Origin: an uncultured bacterium
Lineage (GTDB): Bacteria > Bacillota_I > Bacilli_A > RFN20 > CAG-826
Length of the DNA stretch: 64,000 nucleotides
Reading direction: 5' to 3'
Assembly (NCBI GenBank): GCA_949290395.1
Contig: CASERQ010000002.1
Coordinates: 8,505 to 72,504 of the forward strand
The position numbers were made by a program, and so were the translations under genes. The notes below the pieces were generated by a model, which had not been told where the DNA came from, ran no database searches, and saw only the letters and a list, made by a program, of their open reading frames with translations. Each line of letters opens with the position of its first letter. The stretch's first letter is position 1. This document shows, in pieces, positions 7,877 through 17,931 of the stretch.

Positions 7877-10471
7877 TTATTTAGCGGAGAACCAATCCTT
7901 CGCATAACCTCCATCAACTTCTAATTTAACTTTTAATTTCACACATGCTTCCATCGTGTTTTTGATTAATTTTAGGAATTCATCTTTTTCATCATCATAA
8001 ACTTTGAAAATAAGTTCGTCGTGAATTTGAGAGACTATTTTTGATTTAAATTTTCTTTCTTTAATAACTTTATAGACATTAATCATAGCAACTTTCATTA
8101 AATCAGCGGCCGAGCCTTGAATTGGTGCGTTCATTGCGGCTCGCTTTGCAAATTCTCTTATTTGATATTGCGAAGATTGAAGTTCAGGTAAGTAGCGTCT
8201 TCTATGAAACATAGTTTCGGCATAGCCTTTTTGAGTTGCACTATCTATTAATTCATTTAAGAACTTTTTAATTTCTGGGAATGCAGAGTAGAAATTTTTA
8301 ATAATTTCTTTTGCTTCATAAATTGAGCAATCAAGTTGTTCACTTAATCCATAATCACTAATTCCATAAACAATTCCAAAGTTTACAGTTTTAGCTTTTC
8401 TTCTTTCATTACTTGTTGGCTCTCTATCAAGATTAAAGATTTTTTTAGCAGTTGCTGCGTGAACATCTTCATCATTATTAAAGAAATCAATCATACTTTT
8501 AGCGTTTGATAAATGAGCTAAAATTCTAAGTTCAATTTGAGAATAATCTAAAGATAAAATAGATAAATTATCTTCTTTATAGAAAAAAGCTTTTCTAATT
8601 TGTTTTCCTTCTTCGTCGCGAGTTGATATATTTTGTAAATTTGGTTCGCTAGAAGAAAGTCTTCCAGTAGAAGTGAGTGCTTGGTTAAAAGTAGAATGCA
8701 CTTTGCCATCTTCATGAATGAAATTTATTAAACCATCAACATAAGTTGAAATAATTTTAGCGTATTTTCTATACTCAAGAATCTTTTCAATAATTGGATG
8801 TTCGTTTTTGATTGCTTCTAAATACTCAACGCTAGTTGAGCCTTTTTTATTGCCTTTTAAACCAAGTTTATTAAAAAGAATATTAGAAACCTGTTTTGGT
8901 GAATTGATATTAAAGTTTTCACCAGCTAGTTCAATGATTTCTTTAGTTAAAATATCGAGTTTTTCTTGATAAATAGTTTTGAAATTTAAAAGAGTATCTT
9001 TATCAAGAGGGAAACCTTCAAGTTCAATGTCGGTTAAAACTATGGTTAGAGGCTGCTCAATATTAACGAGGAGATTATATTGATCGTGCTCATCAAGTTT
9101 TTCTCTAATTTCTTCATAAAGTTCACGAGCGTAAAATGCTGTTTCAACACTGATTTGTTTATTGGTGTCTTCAAAAAGTAGGTCTTTCTTTGTGACGTGA
9201 CTAATATCGATTGAATAGTAGTTTAAGATTGATTCAATGTCAGTTTTCAAAGAAGAATCTATTAAGTAAGTTGCTAAAATTAAATCAAAAAATAGACCAT
9301 TAACTTCGATATTGTTTTTCAACAAAACATAACGAACTTTCTTAAAATCAAAAGCGAATTTTTTGATATTTTCATCTTTTAAAACATCTAGTAATCTTTG
9401 ATCTTTAAGAAGATTTTCTTTGTTTATGTAATAGACTTGATTATCTACTCTAAAAGCAAGTCCATTAAGTTCTGCGTCATGATAATTAACGTTTTCAATA
9501 TCAATATCTATGCTGATTTCATCGTTGAAAGTTATGTTTTTACTATCAAAAACCTCGCAAAACTCAACTTTTTTTGTTTTATTCTCTTCTAATTTTAAAG
9601 TTTTAGGAAGTTTTTGAACAAGATATTTAAACTCGTATTTATTAGCAAATTCAGAGATTAAATTAAATTTATATCCTTTATAAAGAGTGTCTTTTACACT
9701 AAGAGGGATTTCTTTATCGGTTACGATTTCGGCTAAATGTTTACACATTCTTCCATTATCTTGAAACTCTAAAATGTTTCTTCCGACTTTAGTTTTTGTG
9801 TCGGCGTTTTTAATAATATTTTCAAGATCACCAAAGTTATTTATGAGTTGCTTTGCTGTTTTATCGCCTACTCCAGGAATACCCTTTAAGTTATCGCTAT
9901 CATCGCCTCTTAATCCTTTATAATCAACAATTTGAGCAGGTTTAAACCCCCATTCTTCTTCAAAAGTTTGAGGGGTCATTTCTTTAATATCTTTTAAACC
10001 CTTTTTAATGAGTTCAACGGTGATATTATCATCGATCAATTGAAGATAATCTTTATCACTTGTGTAGATATAAACTTTATAACCTTCTTTTTCGGCTTTT
10101 TTAGAAATGATTCCACAGATATCATCAGCTTCTAATTCATCACATTCATAGTGAGTGATATTGAGTTTATCTAAAAATTCACGAGCAAGAGGAAATTGGG
10201 TAATTAAATCTTCTGGAAGTGGAGGTCTATTTGCCTTATAAGCTTCATATTCTTGATGTCTAAAAGTATGTTTTCCAGCATCGAAAGCTACAAAAATTCC
10301 ATCCCCACTCTTAATATTGCTCAATAAAGAAGTAATCATGTTAGAAAAAGCAAAGATAGCATTAGTTGCTTGTCCACTAGTTGTTCTCATGATATTGCTT
10401 GGGTCGTAATAGGTTGCATAAAATGCTCTAAAAAGTAAACTATTTCCATCAATTACAATAATTTTTGCCAT
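7877..10471 (-). CDS. polA: DNA polymerase I
   Basis: 864 aa. 5' nuclease N-terminus (IDGNSLLFRAFYA). Polymerase motifs DYSQIELR, RRKAKTVNFGIVYG and QIHDELIF. Confidence 0.95.
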   Translation of the reverse strand: MAKIIVIDGNSLLFRAFYATYYDPSNIMRTTSGQATNAIFAFSNMITSLLSNIKSGDGIFVAFDAGKHTFRHQEYEAYKANRPPLPEDLITQFPLAREFLDKLNITHYECDELEADDICGIISKKAEKEGYKVYIYTSDKDYLQLIDDNITVELIKKGLKDIKEMTPQTFEEEWGFKPAQIVDYKGLRGDDSDNLKGIPGVGDKTAKQLINNFGDLENIIKNADTKTKVGRNILEFQDNGRMCKHLAEIVTDKEIPLSVKDTLYKGYKFNLISEFANKYEFKYLVQKLPKTLKLEENKTKKVEFCEVFDSKNITFNDEISIDIDIENVNYHDAELNGLAFRVDNQVYYINKENLLKDQRLLDVLKDENIKKFAFDFKKVRYVLLKNNIEVNGLFFDLILATYLIDSSLKTDIESILNYYSIDISHVTKKDLLFEDTNKQISVETAFYARELYEEIREKLDEHDQYNLLVNIEQPLTIVLTDIELEGFPLDKDTLLNFKTIYQEKLDILTKEIIELAGENFNINSPKQVSNILFNKLGLKGNKKGSTSVEYLEAIKNEHPIIEKILEYRKYAKIISTYVDGLINFIHEDGKVHSTFNQALTSTGRLSSSEPNLQNISTRDEEGKQIRKAFFYKEDNLSILSLDYSQIELRILAHLSNAKSMIDFFNNDEDVHAATAKKIFNLDREPTSNERRKAKTVNFGIVYGISDYGLSEQLDCSIYEAKEIIKNFYSAFPEIKKFLNELIDSATQKGYAETMFHRRRYLPELQSSQYQIREFAKRAAMNAPIQGSAADLMKVAMINVYKVIKERKFKSKIVSQIHDELIFKVYDDEKDEFLKLIKNTMEACVKLKVKLEVDGGYAKDWFSAK

Positions 10472-10473
10472 AT

Positions 10474-13400
10474 TTATACCACCTTTGCGCTACCAACAAT
10501 AAAACTTCCTCTTTCATTTCTAATCTCGTATTTTCCTGAAAGAACAACAATTTTATTAACTTCAATTTGGCTTGTAAAATCTGCCCATAATGAAGAGAAG
10601 AAAGTTGTATCAACTTCATCACTATCATCAAAAACAGAAACAAAAGCCATTGGTTTTCCTTTGTCTTTTCCGTTTTTAACAACAATATTCTTAATAGATC
10701 TAACAATTCCAATAATAGTAGTTGTTTGCCCGTTTCTTAAATCACTGATTGGAGTGTGTTTTGTATTTTTAAGATCATCGGTTAAATAATTTAATGGAGA
10801 ATCACTAATCATAACTCCAAGTACATTAAGTTCGTTTTCTAGTCTTTCAATTGGGTCATCAATTACTTCAGGAATGTGATATTCCATTCCAAAGTCATCA
10901 AGTAATTTACCTTCCGAACTTTTTACCATGTTTGCGTATTGTATTGCATTAGGAATTGACATTTTTAAGGCTTTACGATTTGAATGAAGTGAATCAAAAG
11001 CCCCAGCATCGATTAATTTAGAAAGAGAAGTATCAGTAATTTTTTCGTCTAAATGAACCATTCTAACAACAAAATTAATAAAAGATTCAAATTTTCCATG
11101 ATTTATTCTTTCTTCAACGATACTTATAATAAGTTTACTTTGAAGTCCGGTTATACCAAGAAGTGGCATAAGGAGTCCATCTTTATACATTTCAAACCTT
11201 AATGTTGATTCATTGATATTTGGTAAGAAAACATTGATGTTTGATTTTTTGATTTCAGCAAGATAACGAGAAAATTTAACATCGTTTCCGCCATATTGTT
11301 GATCTAAAATCGAACAATAAAATTCAATTGGATAATTTGCTTTTAAATAAGCTTCTTTACAAGCAATTATTGCATAGCACACAGCATGTGATTTATTAAA
11401 ACCATAATTAGCAAATTTTAAGATTTGTTCAAAAAGTGTATTAGCTTCGACTCCATTATGTCCATTCGCAATACTTCCTTTAATAAATTTTTGTTTCATA
11501 TCAAGAAGTTCATGGCGGTCTTTTTTACTGATTGCTTTTCTAAAAATATCAGCATCGGCAAAACTAAAAGAAGCATAGGCTTGTGCGATTTGCATGATTT
11601 GTTCTTGATAAACGATGATGCCATAAGTTTCTTTTAAAATTGGTTCAAGAGTTTTAGATAAGTAGGTAATCTTTTCTTGGCCATGTTTTCTTCTAGAAAA
11701 AGAAGGAATAAATTGCATTGGGCCAGGTCTATCAAGAGAGATAGTTGCAACAACATCTAAAAAAGAATTTGGCTTAATATTAACTATTGCATTATACGCT
11801 GCACTTGTATCAAGTTGAAAAATTCCCATTGTTTTAAAATCACAAATTAGCTTAAAAATTTCCGGAGTATCATAAGGTATATCTTCCATTTTTAAGTGGA
11901 TTTTGCAGGTTTTTTCTATTTTTTTAAGGCAATTATCGATTAAAGTTAAGTTTGTGATTCCTAAAACATCCATTTTTAAAAAGCCTTGATTTTCAAGGAA
12001 ATTTTTCTCATATTGAGTGATGGATTCGTTTTCTATATCAAGAGGAATGTGAAATGATAAAGGCTCTTGATTTAAGATGACACCTGCTGCGTGAAGTCCT
12101 CTTTGACGAGGCAAGCCTTCAATATAATGAGCTTTATCAAAAATAAATTTAAAATCGATATCGTTATCAACGGCGTTTTTAAATGCTGGAATATGTTCAT
12201 AAGCGTAATCTAAAGAAAAGTTTTTACTATTATCATCTTTAAAATTACTTGGAATCGTTTTTGAAAGTTCAGCGGCAACAGGAGCAGGATAACCAAAAAC
12301 TCTTGCTGTATCTTTTATAGCTTGTTTTGCAGCAATAGTTTGGAAAGCGCAAACTCTAGCGACTTTCTCACTTCCGTATTTATTAATAAGATATTGAATA
12401 ACCTCTTCCCTACGGATATCAGCGATATCGATATCAATATCAGGAAGAGATTTTCTTTTTGGATTTAAAAATCTTTCGAAAAGAAGATTATATTTTAATG
12501 GATCAACATCAGTGATTCCTAAGCAATATGAAATTAGACTTCCGGCTGCTGACCCTCTACCAGGACCAACTGGAATGTTATTTTTTCTAGCATAATTTAC
12601 ATAATCTTGAACAACTAAGAAGTAGTTGATGTAACCCATGTTTTTAATGGTTTGATATTCATAATTTAGACGATGTTTATATTTTTTATCTTCAAGGTCA
12701 ACGCCTTTTTCTTTTGCACCTTGTTTAATAAGGTCAATAAAATATAGTCTAGTTGTTTCCTCATCTTTTTCTAAATAATGAATAAGTTCGCCTCTTTTAT
12801 GGTTAAAATCAAAAGAAATTAAGTTTTTAATTTTCTCACAATCTTTAAGTTCAAGAGGAGTGTAAAATTTTAAAATTTCTTCTTTAGTTTTAAAAAAGAA
12901 GTGAGAATCGCTTGGGACAAGATTACTTTCAATCGTGGTATTTGTGCGTAATGCATCAAGCATATTTATAACAATTGCATCATCCTTTTTTAAATATCTA
13001 ATATAAGGGAAAGCAATTGTTTCATAAGCATATTTTAAAGCAAAATCTCTAATTAAATTAACATGAGGTATTTCTTCTTTTTGATAGATTTCTATTCCAA
13101 TAAATAAGTGCTTAAAAATTTTAGAAAGTTTAAGCATTTCGTCTTTCAGGTTTTGATTAACTTCTATAAAAATCTCATTATAACCAATTGGTAAAACACA
13201 TATTAAACCTTCTATAAATGGCAAAATCTCTGCGAAAGTTAACTCTTTTCCTTCAGATTTTGCTTTTGAAATAAGATATGTTATATGAGAAAGATTGGAA
13301 TAGCCCGTTTCGTTTTCAATAAAAAAAGTGAAAAAATATTTTTCACATTTTACATCCATTCCAACAATTGGAAATATGTTATTTTCTTTTGCGTAACTTA

Positions 13401-13551
13401 TAAATTCAGGTATTCCATACATAACACCTAAATCAGCAAGGCCAAGTTCTTCATATCCGCACTCTTTAGCCATTTTAAAAAGGTTTTTAAAAAGGATTCC
13501 ACTTTTTAAAAATGAATAACCACTACGAATATGAAGAGGAATAAAAGCCAT
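10474..13551 (-). CDS. dnaE: DNA polymerase III alpha subunit (DnaE type)
   Basis: 1025 aa. PHP N-terminus (FIPLHIRSGYSFL), GPGRGSAAGSLISYCLGIT, PDIDIDI, and a C-terminal OB region. Confidence 0.95.
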   Translation of the reverse strand: MAFIPLHIRSGYSFLKSGILFKNLFKMAKECGYEELGLADLGVMYGIPEFISYAKENNIFPIVGMDVKCEKYFFTFFIENETGYSNLSHITYLISKAKSEGKELTFAEILPFIEGLICVLPIGYNEIFIEVNQNLKDEMLKLSKIFKHLFIGIEIYQKEEIPHVNLIRDFALKYAYETIAFPYIRYLKKDDAIVINMLDALRTNTTIESNLVPSDSHFFFKTKEEILKFYTPLELKDCEKIKNLISFDFNHKRGELIHYLEKDEETTRLYFIDLIKQGAKEKGVDLEDKKYKHRLNYEYQTIKNMGYINYFLVVQDYVNYARKNNIPVGPGRGSAAGSLISYCLGITDVDPLKYNLLFERFLNPKRKSLPDIDIDIADIRREEVIQYLINKYGSEKVARVCAFQTIAAKQAIKDTARVFGYPAPVAAELSKTIPSNFKDDNSKNFSLDYAYEHIPAFKNAVDNDIDFKFIFDKAHYIEGLPRQRGLHAAGVILNQEPLSFHIPLDIENESITQYEKNFLENQGFLKMDVLGITNLTLIDNCLKKIEKTCKIHLKMEDIPYDTPEIFKLICDFKTMGIFQLDTSAAYNAIVNIKPNSFLDVVATISLDRPGPMQFIPSFSRRKHGQEKITYLSKTLEPILKETYGIIVYQEQIMQIAQAYASFSFADADIFRKAISKKDRHELLDMKQKFIKGSIANGHNGVEANTLFEQILKFANYGFNKSHAVCYAIIACKEAYLKANYPIEFYCSILDQQYGGNDVKFSRYLAEIKKSNINVFLPNINESTLRFEMYKDGLLMPLLGITGLQSKLIISIVEERINHGKFESFINFVVRMVHLDEKITDTSLSKLIDAGAFDSLHSNRKALKMSIPNAIQYANMVKSSEGKLLDDFGMEYHIPEVIDDPIERLENELNVLGVMISDSPLNYLTDDLKNTKHTPISDLRNGQTTTIIGIVRSIKNIVVKNGKDKGKPMAFVSVFDDSDEVDTTFFSSLWADFTSQIEVNKIVVLSGKYEIRNERGSFIVGSAKVV

Positions 13552-14555
13552 TATTTACCTGTTAAAATTAATTCATCAAGTCGAGAAATGAAGCGGTCAA
13601 GTTCGGATAAATCTTTGATTTGACATCCACTAGCTTGAGCGTGTCCACCACCTTGGAATTCGCTAGCAACGCCATTTATTGTATAGTCTCTTGATCTAAT
13701 TGAAATTCTATAGCATGGTTCGGTGACGTCTTCTGTAATAGAACACCAAATTTTAATGCCTTTAATGTTTGAGAAAAGATTAACGTTTTCTTTTCCGCGT
13801 TCACTTGTCATCCCTAGTCTTATTAAATCATCGTTATTTAAGACATAATAAGCAACGCCTTGAGGAGAAACTTTAAAGTTATTTAAGATAAATCTTGTAA
13901 TCTCTAAGTCGTGAATGTTTTTCTCGTACATTAAGCCATAAATTTCAGTGATATTTAAACCTTTTGCAACAAGCATCGAAGAAATATCAAAAGTATGAGG
14001 TGTAGTAGAAGAATATAAGAAACGTCCACTATCTCCAACAAGTCCGATATAAAGATAGCGAGCTGCTAAAGTGGAAACTTTATAAGTTGGTTCATAACTT
14101 AATAATAAGTTAGCAACTATTTCGCTAGCGGCCGCTTTTGATGTATCAACAATTGTTAAATCAAAAATATTGTCGGTTTGAGGGTGATGATCGATTTTAA
14201 TTTTATATTTAGCTTTTTCAAAGCGTGGATCAGCAATTCTTTTTTTATCGCCAACATCTACAATGATTGCTAAAAAATCGTCAAACCAACTATCACTAAC
14301 TTTATCGGTTTCAGGAAATAAGCCACGAGGAGTAAAAGTTACGTGGTTATCGCCAAAAATCTTGATGTCTTTGTCTGGGAAATTTTCTTTAAGCCATGTG
14401 GCCAAGCCAAACTGAGTTCCTAAAGCATCAAAATCAGGCATTATATGACGAAAAACACCGATTTTCGTATATTTTTTGATTTGTCTAAGAAAAAGTCCGT
14501 ATTCTTTAGAAAATTTATCTTTTTCGATTTTTATATAGTTAATTTTTTTCTCCAT
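13551..14555 (-). CDS. nrnA: DHH/DHHA1 phosphoesterase (NrnA-like oligoribonuclease/pAp phosphatase)
   Basis: 334 aa with RHIMPDFDALG, DVGD, IDHHP and GGGHAQASG. Its stop overlaps the dnaE start by 1 nt. Confidence 0.75.
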   Translation of the reverse strand: MEKKINYIKIEKDKFSKEYGLFLRQIKKYTKIGVFRHIMPDFDALGTQFGLATWLKENFPDKDIKIFGDNHVTFTPRGLFPETDKVSDSWFDDFLAIIVDVGDKKRIADPRFEKAKYKIKIDHHPQTDNIFDLTIVDTSKAAASEIVANLLLSYEPTYKVSTLAARYLYIGLVGDSGRFLYSSTTPHTFDISSMLVAKGLNITEIYGLMYEKNIHDLEITRFILNNFKVSPQGVAYYVLNNDDLIRLGMTSERGKENVNLFSNIKGIKIWCSITEDVTEPCYRISIRSRDYTINGVASEFQGGGHAQASGCQIKDLSELDRFISRLDELILTGK

Positions 14556-14576
14556 TAATTTTTTCCATTCTATGTC

Positions 14577-15773
14577 TTATTTAAGACAAATGTTGTAAGC
14601 ATCTCTTGCAATCATGACTTCTTCGTCAGTTGGGATTACAACAACTTTAATTTTGCTATCTGGAGTTGAGAGATAGCCTTCTTTACCACGAATAATGGTA
14701 TTGTTAAGTTCTTTATCGTATTTAACTCCAAGTGCTTCGCCGATTCTATCAAGAGCAGCTTCTCTACAATCTGGTGAATTTTCGCCAATTCCTGCTGAGA
14801 AAACAATTAAATCACAGCCGCCAAGTCTAACGTAATATTGACCAATGAAATCAGCAACTCTTCTGCCCCATAAATTCATTGCAAGTACTGCACGTGGATG
14901 GCCTTCTCTAGCAGCATCTTCGACTTCTCTAGAGTCGTTAGAAATTCCACTAACACCATAAAGCCCACTCTTCTTATTTAATTCTTGGAATAATGTTTCA
15001 TTATCTTTGCCACTCATTGCAAGAAGTTGATAGTAGACACTTGGGTCCATATCACCGGTTCTTGAATTCATCATGATTCCACCAAGTGGAGTAAGTCCCA
15101 TGGAAGTAGCAATACATTTTCCGTTTTTAACGGCAGTGATTGAAGCGCCGCTTCCGAGGTGACAAATTATCATTTTCTTATCTTTTGATTCTGGAATATA
15201 TTTTTCGGCGACTTCGCTTAAATATTTATGTGATGTGCCGTGAGCGCCATATCTTCTAATATGATATTTTTCTGCATATTCATAAGGAATTGGGTATAAA
15301 TAATCTTCTGGTTCCATTGTTTGATGGAAAGCTGTATCAAAGACAGCAATTTGAGGAACTTTAGGAAGTGCTTTTTTGAAAGCAAAATATCCAGTTAAGT
15401 GTGCTTTATTATGAAGTGGAGCAAGTGGAATTAAGCTTTCAACCTTTTTAACTGTGTCATCATCCCATAAAACACTATGAGAGAAGTAGGAACCACCTTG
15501 GACTACTCTATGACCAACAGCTTTGATTTCGTCTAAATGAGCAATTATGTTCTTTTCAATCATTCCTTTTGCGACGATTTCAACAGCATATCCATGATCT
15601 GGAACAGGTAAAGTTTTAGTATCTTTTTGTCCATCCCATTTGATAGTAAAAATACCATCATCATGTCCTATTCTTTCTACAATACCTGAACAAAGAACTT
15701 TTTCTTCAGGCATCTCGTATAATTTAAATTTAACACTGCTTGAACCGCAGTTAACAGCCATTACTTTTGCCAT
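14577..15773 (-). CDS. ackA: acetate kinase
   Basis: 398 aa with MAVNCGSSSVKFKLY, HRVVQGG, CHLGSGASI and FSAGIGENS. SD AAGGAGA. Confidence 0.95.
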   Translation of the reverse strand: MAKVMAVNCGSSSVKFKLYEMPEEKVLCSGIVERIGHDDGIFTIKWDGQKDTKTLPVPDHGYAVEIVAKGMIEKNIIAHLDEIKAVGHRVVQGGSYFSHSVLWDDDTVKKVESLIPLAPLHNKAHLTGYFAFKKALPKVPQIAVFDTAFHQTMEPEDYLYPIPYEYAEKYHIRRYGAHGTSHKYLSEVAEKYIPESKDKKMIICHLGSGASITAVKNGKCIATSMGLTPLGGIMMNSRTGDMDPSVYYQLLAMSGKDNETLFQELNKKSGLYGVSGISNDSREVEDAAREGHPRAVLAMNLWGRRVADFIGQYYVRLGGCDLIVFSAGIGENSPDCREAALDRIGEALGVKYDKELNNTIIRGKEGYLSTPDSKIKVVVIPTDEEVMIARDAYNICLK

Positions 15774-15999
15774 GTTTGTCTCCTTATTTATAACGTCTTA
15801 AACATTATAAACATTTTTGACACAAATTTTAATAAATTGTGCTCGGAAAAATGAGAGAAATTAATGGATTTATGAAAACCGGAATGAAAAACTTTCTGAA
15901 AATTTATGAAAATAAAAATCATTTTTACTGATTTATTGATTTTTACTTTTAAAGTAATTAGAGAATAATTATAATCAAAATATAACACGGAGGTTTGAT

Positions 16000-17931
16000 A
16001 TGGCATATGGCTTATTATTTGACTTTTTAAATGGTCAATGCATTGAAGCTTACAAATATTTTGGTGCACATTTTGAAACTAGAGAAATTAAAGAAATAAT
16101 TACAATTCCTGTTAAAAAAGATCCTTCTAAAACTAAAAAAAGTTCTAGAAAAAAGAAGATTGAAGGTGTTGTTTTTAGACTTTATGCTCCATGTGCAAGT
16201 GACGTTAGTGTAATTGGTGATTGGAACAATTGGGATCCTCGCGTTCACAAGATGGAAAAGGTTGATGATTGTGGTGTTTTTGAAATTTTTATCGAAGGTT
16301 TGCACAATTATTCTTTCTATAAGTACCATTTTAGAAATGCTAGAGGTGAATATGTTGATAAAGCCGATCCTTATGCATTCTTAAGTGAATATAGACCAGG
16401 TTCATGCTCCAGATTATTTAATATTAATGGATTTATTTGGCACGACACTCCATATCTAAAACAACGTTCAAGAAATTTCGATGCTCCTATGAGCATTTAT
16501 GAAATGCATCTTGGAAGTTGGAAAGGAAAAGTTGATGGACGCAACTTATCTTATGAAGAAATTGCAGATTACTTAATTCCTTATTTAAAAGATACTGGTT
16601 TTACTCATATTGAAATCATGCCAATTACTCAATATCCATTTGATGGAAGCTGGGGATATCAAGCAACAGGTTTCTTTAGTGTTGATTCACGTTATGGAAA
16701 CCCAATGCAACTTATGAGTTTTGTCGATAGAATGCACCAAGCAGGAATTGGTGTTATTCTTGATTTTGCTCCAGTTCACTTTGCGACTGATCCATGGGCA
16801 TTAAAAGATTTTGATGGCACTCCAATGTATGAATACGGAAACGAACACATGTATTCACCTTGGGGAAGCTGCCAATTTGACTTAGGAAAAGATCCTGTTA
16901 GAAGTTTCCTTATGTCAGCAATGAGATATTTCATTGATTATTTCCACTTTGATGGAATTAGAGTTGATGCCGTTAGTAACATTGTTTATTGGGATGGAAA
17001 CAAAAATAATGGTGAAAATACCGGTGCAACGGAATTTATTAGAAGATTAAATGGCAAAATGCATTATGCAGATCAATCAATTATGATGATTGCTGAAGAT
17101 TCAACTGATTTCCCAGGAGTTACTAAACCTCTTGAATATGGTGGACTTGGTTTTGACTATAAATGGGACTTAGGTTGGATGAATGATACTTTAAAATATT
17201 ACGCACTTGATCCAATTTATAAGAAATATGATCACAATAAGCTAACTTTCTCAATGGCTTATTTCTTCAGTGAAAATTTCTTGCTCCCTCTTTCACACGA
17301 TGAAGTTGTTCATGGTAAAGGAACAATTTTAAATAAGATGTGGGGTGATTATGATCAAAAATTTGCTCTTGTAAGAAATTTATACACTTATCAATTTGCT
17401 CATCCTGGTAAAAAACTTAACTTCATGGGTAATGAACTTGCAAGTTGGGATGAGTGGAACGAAACAAAATCACTTCCTTGGGAACTTAAACGTTTCCCAA
17501 AGCACGACAGTGTTTCAAGAATGATCAGAGATCTTAATTTAATTTATAGAAAAGAAAGTGCAATGCACTACGAAGAATATAATCCAGTTCACTTTAACTG
17601 GCTTATGGTTGATAACAATAACGACTCAGTCTTTGCTTTTGAAAGAAGAGTTGGCGATTCTCATTTAGTCTTTGTATTTAATATGACTCCAAATTATTAC
17701 GAATCTTATGATATTGGAATCACTAGAGAAGGAACTTACACTGAAATCTTTAATAGTGATAAAGATGTATACGGCGGGACCAACGCCTACAATGGTTTAG
17801 ACGTAATGTCTTATTATTGGGGACCTGAAAATAAACCACATAAGATTTCAATAAAAATCGCTCCATTTGCAGCTATGATTTTCAAATATGCTCATAAAAA
17901 CGGAGAAGAAGCAGAAAAGGAAGGTAAATAA
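16000..17931 (+). CDS. glgB: 1,4-alpha-glucan branching enzyme
   Basis: 643 aa with GH13 motifs VILDFAPVHF, FDGIRVDAV, MIAEDST and LPLSHDEVVHGK. SD GGAGG. Confidence 0.93.
   Translation: MAYGLLFDFLNGQCIEAYKYFGAHFETREIKEIITIPVKKDPSKTKKSSRKKKIEGVVFRLYAPCASDVSVIGDWNNWDPRVHKMEKVDDCGVFEIFIEGLHNYSFYKYHFRNARGEYVDKADPYAFLSEYRPGSCSRLFNINGFIWHDTPYLKQRSRNFDAPMSIYEMHLGSWKGKVDGRNLSYEEIADYLIPYLKDTGFTHIEIMPITQYPFDGSWGYQATGFFSVDSRYGNPMQLMSFVDRMHQAGIGVILDFAPVHFATDPWALKDFDGTPMYEYGNEHMYSPWGSCQFDLGKDPVRSFLMSAMRYFIDYFHFDGIRVDAVSNIVYWDGNKNNGENTGATEFIRRLNGKMHYADQSIMMIAEDSTDFPGVTKPLEYGGLGFDYKWDLGWMNDTLKYYALDPIYKKYDHNKLTFSMAYFFSENFLLPLSHDEVVHGKGTILNKMWGDYDQKFALVRNLYTYQFAHPGKKLNFMGNELASWDEWNETKSLPWELKRFPKHDSVSRMIRDLNLIYRKESAMHYEEYNPVHFNWLMVDNNNDSVFAFERRVGDSHLVFVFNMTPNYYESYDIGITREGTYTEIFNSDKDVYGGTNAYNGLDVMSYYWGPENKPHKISIKIAPFAAMIFKYAHKNGEEAEKEGK

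Noticed and set aside
10449-10712. 87-aa minus-strand ORF spanning the dnaE/polA junction
   Set aside because: It is an alternative frame over the 3' end of dnaE and the 5' end of polA. Both real genes have complete, conserved termini.
15873-15886. CcpA cre site in the ackA upstream region (TGAAAACCGGAATG)
   Set aside because: It does not fit the cre consensus TGWAANCGNTNWCA at the central CG and the 3' half-site. The TGAAAA words are better described as a phased direct-repeat array.
15788-16069. 93-aa minus-strand ORF across the ackA/glgB intergenic region
   Set aside because: It covers AT-rich promoter DNA and the glgB start. It has no SD and an implausible composition. The region is better explained as a divergent control region.
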